DNA of 45,587 nucleotides from a virus (Duplodnaviria; Heunggongvirae; Uroviricota; Caudoviricetes): IMG/VR virus record IMGVR_UViG_2597489870_000004; one strand, 5' to 3'. Shown piece by piece: positions 40,665 to 45,587 of this stretch (position 1 is its first letter; each line of letters starts with the position of its first letter). The notes under the pieces were generated by a model. It saw only the letters and a program-made list of their open reading frames with translations, ran no database searches and was not told where the DNA came from. The position numbers and the translations under genes were made by a program.

Positions 40665-41000
40665 TTTCACCCTCCTGAGGGTTGGTGATTAAGGAGTTCT
40701 CCACGGGTGAGGTGGAGTGCGTGCGCCGGACACGGGTGAGCATCCGGCACTGACGGTTTACTGAAAGGATATTTCCCTGAAAAGTCAGACCATAACGCGA
40801 AAGCGCACGGCGAGGTAGCTGGTTCATAGATAGCCTGTCGTTAAATTTTCGTCGACCGTGCGCTTCCGGTTGTGGCAATCCGCGAAATGGCGCGGCGGTA
40901 AGTATGGCGGGGTTATTCCTTCCCCCGTTGAGGACACCGGGTTGTCAGGTTGACCATACGCTTAAGTGACAACCCCGCTGCAACGCCCTCTGTTATCAAT

Positions 41001-41058
41001 TTTCTGGTGACGTTTGGCGGTATCAGTTTTACTCCGTGACTGCTCTGCCGCCCTTTTT
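41001..41058 (+). ncRNA. dicF: DicF small RNA (ftsZ-targeting antisense sRNA) with intrinsic terminator
   Basis: tttctggtgacgtttggcggtatcagttttactccgtgactgctctgccgccc followed by TTTTT matches the remembered DicF sequence; located just upstream of dicB. Confidence 0.75.
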
Positions 41059-41227
41059 AAAGTGAATTTTGTGATGCGGTGAATGCGGCTGAGCGCACGC
41101 GGAACAGTTAAAACCAAAAACAGTGTTATGGTTGGATTCTCTGTATCCGGCGTTAATTGTTAACTGGTTAACGTCACCTGGAGGCACCAGGCACCGCATC
41201 ACAAAACTCATTGTTGAGGGCGCGATA

Positions 41228-41416
41228 ATGAAAACGTTATTACCAAACGTTAATACGTCTGAAGGTTGTTTTGAAATTGGTGTCACTATCAGTAACCCTG
41301 TATTTACTGAAGATGCCATTAACAAGAGAAAACACGAACGGGAGCTATTAAATAAAATATGCATTCTTTCAATGTTGGCCCGTTTACGTCCGATACAAAA
41401 AGGATGCTGGCAATGA
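41228..41416 (+). CDS. dicB: Cell division inhibitor DicB
   Basis: 62 aa MKTLLPNVNTSEGCFEIGVTISNPVFTEDAINKRKHERELLNKICILSMLARLRPIQKGCWQ, matching remembered DicB. Confidence 0.8.
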   Translation: MKTLLPNVNTSEGCFEIGVTISNPVFTEDAINKRKHERELLNKICILSMLARLRPIQKGCWQ

Positions 41417-41604
41417 ATACAGCATTTGCACTTGTTCTGACAGTTTTTCTTGTTTCCGGAGAGCCAGTTGATATTGCAGTCAGTGTTCACAGGACAATGC
41501 AGGAGTGTATGACTGCAGCAACCGAACAGAAAATTCCCGGTAACTGTTACCCGGTCGATAAAGTTATTCACCAGGATAATATCGAAATCCCGGCAGGTCT
41601 TTAA
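41413..41604 (+). CDS. ydfD: YdfD-like small protein with N-terminal hydrophobic segment (lysis-associated in K-12)
   Basis: 63 codons; ATG overlaps dicB stop (ATGA); MNTAFALVLTVFLVSGEPVDIAVSVHRTMQECMTAATEQKIPGN... Confidence 0.7.
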   Translation: MNTAFALVLTVFLVSGEPVDIAVSVHRTMQECMTAATEQKIPGNCYPVDKVIHQDNIEIPAGL

Positions 41605-41697
41605 AACAGTTCCGTAATAAATATCCGGTTTCATTCTTATATGCCAGCAATGGCAGGGATTTGTTCATCCTTAAATCTGTCATGAGGTTAAAACAAA

Positions 41698-44169
41698 ATG
41701 AGTAAAGTCTTTATTTGCGCCGCCATTCCTAACGAACTGGCAACAAGGGAAGAAGGCGCTGTGGCTGTAGCCACAGCCATTGAAGCTGGCGACGAACGCC
41801 GTGCTCGAGCAAAATTTCACTGGCAATTCCTGGAACATTATCCGGCTGCTCAGGACTGCGCTTATAAATTTATTATCTGCGAGGATAAACCTGGCATACC
41901 CCGCCCTGCCCTCGATTCATGGGATGCTGAATATATGCAGGAAAACCGCTGGGATGAGGATTCTGCTTCTTTTGTCCCGGTTGAGACTGAATCCGATCTG
42001 ATGAACGTCACTTTTGACAAGCTGGCCCCTGAAGTACAGAACGCTCTCATGGTTAAGTTCGACACATGTGAAAACATCACCGTTGATATGGTTATTAGCG
42101 CACAGGAATTGTTGCAGGAAGACATGGCAACATTCGACGGACATATCGTTGAAGCGTTGATGAAAATGCCAGAAGTTAACGCCATGTATCCGGAGCTTAA
42201 GCTGCATGCCATCGGGTGGGTTAAGCATAAATGTAAGCCTGGTGCCAAATGGCCCGAAATTCAGGCAGAGATGCGCATCTGGAAAAAACGTCGCGAAGGT
42301 GAACGCAAGGAAACCGGAAAATACACGTCTGTTGTTGATCTCGCCCGCGCCAGAGTCAATCAACAGCACACTGAAAATTCAACAGGAAAAATCAGCCTGG
42401 TCATTGCTGCCATTCATCGCGAATACAAGCAGACATGGAAAACACTGGATGACGAACTGGCCTACGCTCTCTGGCCTGGTGATGTGGATGCCGGAAACAT
42501 TGACGGCAGCATCCATCGCTGGGCAAAAAATGAAGTTATCGACAACGACCGCGAAGACTGGAAGCGTATCTCGGCATCAATGCGCAAACAGCCTGATGCC
42601 CTTCGCTACGACCGCCAGACTATTTTTGGCCTTGTCCGTGAACGTCCGATCGACATTCACAAAGACCCTGTGGCACTGAACAAATACATTACTGAATACC
42701 TGACTACAAAGGGCGTGTTTGAAGATGAAGGAAGAAATCAGAGCGCAACTGATACTCTCTCGTCGCCAGTACCAGAAACTGATGCAGTGGAAACGGCAAT
42801 TCCGGACAACGAAAAAACCGAATGCAAAGTGGAAGTCGAACCATCTGTAGAGCGTGAGGGGCCGTTCTACTTCCTCTTCACCGACAAGGATGGCGAAAAA
42901 TACGGTCGCGCAAACAAACTTTCTGGTCTGGATAAGGCACTGGCTGCCGGGGCTACTGAAATCACGAAAGAAGAATATTTCGCCCGCAAAAACGGTACAT
43001 ACTCAGGTTCACAACAAAATACTGGTGCATCTGACACGACCGCACAACCAGGGCCGGTAAAAGTTACCGCTGACGAAGTAAACAAAATTATGCAGGCAGC
43101 CAATATCAGCCAGCCTGACGCCGATAAGTTGCTTGCTGCCTCTCGCGGAGAATTTGTTGCAGGGATTAGCGACCCGAATGATCCGAAATGGGTTAAGGGG
43201 ATCCAGACCCGCGATTCTGTAAACCAGAACCAGCATGAATCGGAACGGAACTACCAAAAAGCGGAACAAAACAGCCCAAATGCGTTACAAAACGAGCCAG
43301 AAACGAAACAGCCTGAACCAGTGGCGCAACAGGAAGTGGAAAAAGTCTGCACCGCCTGCGGTCAGACCGGCGGCGGCAACTGCCCTGATTGTGGCGCGGT
43401 GATGGGCGACGCAACATACCAGGAAACATTCGATGAAGAGTATCAGGTTGAAGTTCAGGAAGATGATCCGGAGGAAATGGAAGGCGCTGAACATCCACAC
43501 AAGGAGAATACTGGCGGCAATCAGCATCACGATAGCGATAATGAAACTGGCGAGACGGCAGATCACTCAATTAAGGTGAACGGTCATCAAGAAATCACAT
43601 CCACCAGCAGGACGTGTGACCATCTAATGATCGACCTTGAAACCATGGGAAAAAATCCTGATGCCCCGATCATCTCAATAGGTGCAATATTTTTCGATCC
43701 GCAAACCGGAGATATGGGACCGGAATTTAGTAAGACTATCGATCTGGAAACTGCTGGCGGAGTCATTGATCGAGACACCATTAAATGGTGGCTTAAGCAA
43801 TCACGCGAAGCGCAATCTGCCATTATGACCGATGAAATCCCGTTAGATGATGCACTGTTACAATTGCGGGAATTTATCGACGAAAACTCCGGTGAATTTT
43901 TTGTTCAGGTCTGGGGAAATGGAGCCAACTTCGACAACACGATTTTGCGCCGTTCATACGAACGGCAGGGGATCCCCTGCCCGTGGCGTTACTACAACGA
44001 TCGCGATGTACGCACAATCGTTGAGCTGGGGAAAGCCATAGACTTCGATGCCAGAACGGCTATTCCATTCGAAGGTGAGCGCCATAATGCACTTGATGAC
44101 GCCCGTTACCAGGCAAAATACGTTTCAGTTATCTGGCAAAAACTGATCCCGAGTCAGGCTGATTTTTAA
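41698..44169 (+). CDS. Prophage exonuclease (823 aa) with C-terminal DEDDh-type 3'-5' exonuclease domain; full-length counterpart of K-12 ydfE
   Basis: C-terminal motifs DLETMG, GNGANFD and HNALDDA typical of DnaQ-like exonucleases; internal CxxC-x8-CxxC zinc ribbon; position between ydfD and xis. Confidence 0.7.
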   Translation: MSKVFICAAIPNELATREEGAVAVATAIEAGDERRARAKFHWQFLEHYPAAQDCAYKFIICEDKPGIPRPALDSWDAEYMQENRWDEDSASFVPVETESDLMNVTFDKLAPEVQNALMVKFDTCENITVDMVISAQELLQEDMATFDGHIVEALMKMPEVNAMYPELKLHAIGWVKHKCKPGAKWPEIQAEMRIWKKRREGERKETGKYTSVVDLARARVNQQHTENSTGKISLVIAAIHREYKQTWKTLDDELAYALWPGDVDAGNIDGSIHRWAKNEVIDNDREDWKRISASMRKQPDALRYDRQTIFGLVRERPIDIHKDPVALNKYITEYLTTKGVFEDEGRNQSATDTLSSPVPETDAVETAIPDNEKTECKVEVEPSVEREGPFYFLFTDKDGEKYGRANKLSGLDKALAAGATEITKEEYFARKNGTYSGSQQNTGASDTTAQPGPVKVTADEVNKIMQAANISQPDADKLLAASRGEFVAGISDPNDPKWVKGIQTRDSVNQNQHESERNYQKAEQNSPNALQNEPETKQPEPVAQQEVEKVCTACGQTGGGNCPDCGAVMGDATYQETFDEEYQVEVQEDDPEEMEGAEHPHKENTGGNQHHDSDNETGETADHSIKVNGHQEITSTSRTCDHLMIDLETMGKNPDAPIISIGAIFFDPQTGDMGPEFSKTIDLETAGGVIDRDTIKWWLKQSREAQSAIMTDEIPLDDALLQLREFIDENSGEFFVQVWGNGANFDNTILRRSYERQGIPCPWRYYNDRDVRTIVELGKAIDFDARTAIPFEGERHNALDDARYQAKYVSVIWQKLIPSQADF

Positions 44170-44230
44170 TGTTCAACCGTCGCCAGTTGTCGTTGATATT
44201 CTGCAACTGGCGCGTTCCGGAGTGATAGCC

Positions 44231-44500
44231 ATGAGCGAACAGTACCTGATAACGCTCGACGAGTGGAAACCAAAACGGTTCAGTCTCCCAATAACAAACA
44301 CTACCCTGGTGAAATACGGAAAACTAGGATACATCGTTCCAAGGCCACAAAAAATTCGTGGGCGTTGGCTGATAGATCGCCGAGCAGTATTTGTTGGGCC
44401 TGGTGAAACGGGAATTGCGCCGGAAATTCATACTGGCGATGATGATGCACTGAAGGAGATTTTAACTCATGTCACCGAGGCCACGAAAAAACAGCACTGA
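44231..44500 (+). CDS. xis: Putative excisionase
   Basis: 89 codons from ATG 44231; small basic protein immediately upstream of and overlapping int start; family not verified. Confidence 0.5.
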   Translation: MSEQYLITLDEWKPKRFSLPITNTTLVKYGKLGYIVPRPQKIRGRWLIDRRAVFVGPGETGIAPEIHTGDDDALKEILTHVTEATKKQH

Positions 44501-45587
44501 CGTAGCCGGTCTTTACGAAAAGTTTGATCGCAGAACTGGCAGAGTTTACTACCAGTATAAAAATCCTGTGACTGGAAAATTTCACGGACTCGGAACAGAC
44601 AAAGGTAAGGCAGAAAAAATCGCTTCCACAGCCAATCAGCGAATAGCTGCAGCAGAAGCTGAATATTTCATGCGCAAAATTGATGAAAGTCCGTCAGCAA
44701 CAAAACGTCGGGGTATCAGATTAAAGGCATGGGTTGATCGATATCTGAAAATACAGGACACGCGACTGAAAAATGGAGATATTGCAGCTACAACTCACAA
44801 AGAAAAAACTCGAATGGCTGCATACCTGGTTTCCCGTCTGGGAAACCACCCATTGAAAGAACTGGAAGTAAGAGACTTTGCATTAATACTGGATGAGTGG
44901 CTGGATAAAGACATGGTCAGCACAGCGAGAGTAAATCGTGGATTATGGGTTGATATTTATAAAGAAGCACAGCATGCAGGGGAAGTTCCTCCTGGATGGA
45001 ATCCTCCGGAGGCTACCCGTAAACCGATCCCTAAAGTAACCAGAGCCAGGCTCACCATGGAAGACTGGCAAAAAATTTACAATGCAACGCCTGAAAAACA
45101 CTTTATCCGTAACGCAATGCTTCTTGCGATTGTTACTGGTCAGCGCCGTGATGACATTTGCCACATGCGTTTTTCAGATGTGTGGAACGAACACTTGCAT
45201 ATCACCCAGGGAAAAACCGGAATGCGTCTGGCGTTACCGCTTACACTACGCTGTGATGCCATTGGGATAACGTTAAAAGAAGTTATTGATGGGTGCCGAG
45301 ACAGAATATTAAGTCCATATCTAATCCATAGTCGGCACCAGAAACAACCGAAGCCGATGAGTAAAGACAACCTGAGCGACTACTTTGCCAAAGCACGGGA
45401 TCTGGCTGGGATAATTCCACCAGCAGGAAAAACTCCGCCAACATTTCATGAACAACGCTCTCTATCAGAACGGCTGTACCGTGCACAGGGTATCGATACA
45501 AAAACATTACTAGGACATAAAGTCCAGGCAACCACCGATCGCTATAACGATACTCGAGGTCAGGAATGGGTTAAGTTGGTTATTTGA
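44469..45587 (+). CDS. int: Tyrosine integrase (lambda Int family)
   Basis: 372 aa; C-terminus FHEQRSLSERLY...LLGHK...TTDRYNDTRGQEW parallels lambda Int catalytic region including the Tyr; gene ends at the window edge. Confidence 0.9.
   Translation: MSPRPRKNSTDVAGLYEKFDRRTGRVYYQYKNPVTGKFHGLGTDKGKAEKIASTANQRIAAAEAEYFMRKIDESPSATKRRGIRLKAWVDRYLKIQDTRLKNGDIAATTHKEKTRMAAYLVSRLGNHPLKELEVRDFALILDEWLDKDMVSTARVNRGLWVDIYKEAQHAGEVPPGWNPPEATRKPIPKVTRARLTMEDWQKIYNATPEKHFIRNAMLLAIVTGQRRDDICHMRFSDVWNEHLHITQGKTGMRLALPLTLRCDAIGITLKEVIDGCRDRILSPYLIHSRHQKQPKPMSKDNLSDYFAKARDLAGIIPPAGKTPPTFHEQRSLSERLYRAQGIDTKTLLGHKVQATTDRYNDTRGQEWVKLVI

Noticed and set aside
40665-40878. N-terminal extension of the 40390-40878 ORF (162-aa form)
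   Set aside because: Extension is highly basic with no ribosome-binding site, whereas the internal ATG at 40664 has a near-perfect Shine-Dalgarno.
40665-41000. Possible retron msr/msd or riboswitch in the GC-rich structured region
   Set aside because: No reverse transcriptase or other partner gene nearby and no recognisable conserved riboswitch core; more likely sRNA precursor or leader structure. Left as an open question in findings.
41029-41634. 201-aa Cys-rich minus-strand ORF
   Set aside because: Antisense to DicF, dicB and ydfD, which match remembered sequences exactly in style; translation is Cys/His-rich nonsense.
45560-45587. Attachment site (attL/attR) and prophage boundary
   Set aside because: Integrase ends at the last base of the window and no host flanking sequence is present, so no att core can be assigned from this window.

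Overview
The window is a near-complete lambdoid prophage, with most genes on the minus strand. All homology calls are from reading the translated ORFs against remembered protein families (mainly phage lambda and the E. coli K-12 Qin and Rac prophages); no database search was run. Right to left: integrase and excisionase (44.2-45.6 kb, + strand); an early-left operon with an 823-aa exonuclease, ydfD, dicB and the DicF sRNA; a CI-type repressor (HTH plus S24 peptidase) divergent from a Cro-like gene, with TGTTTT-N6-AAAACA operator palindromes; an iteron-containing replication initiator; a nin-like region with an intact hok/mok type I toxin and an AT-rich island of small translationally coupled ORFs; a DUF968/HNH protein, RusA and a Q-like antiterminator followed by a tR'-like terminator; a DNA methyltransferase; three tRNA genes (CAU, Arg-UCG, Arg-UCU); a non-lambda lysis cassette (holin, membrane protein, M15-peptidase endolysin); cos; and a morphogenesis module collinear with lambda Nu1-A-W-B-C-D-E-FI-FII-Z-U-V-G/T-H-M-L-K-I-J-lom-stf-tfa. 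The major capsid gene E is split by a 2.7-kb IS66-family element with an 8-bp target duplication, so the prophage is probably capsid-defective. The left edge of the window lies inside what looks like a Gin/Pin-type invertible tail-fibre segment. I found no CRISPR array, no rRNA and no clear multi-gene defence system. The most interesting unexplained loci are small-ORF morons at 35.1-36.2 kb, 27.8-28.7 kb and 40.4-41.0 kb.
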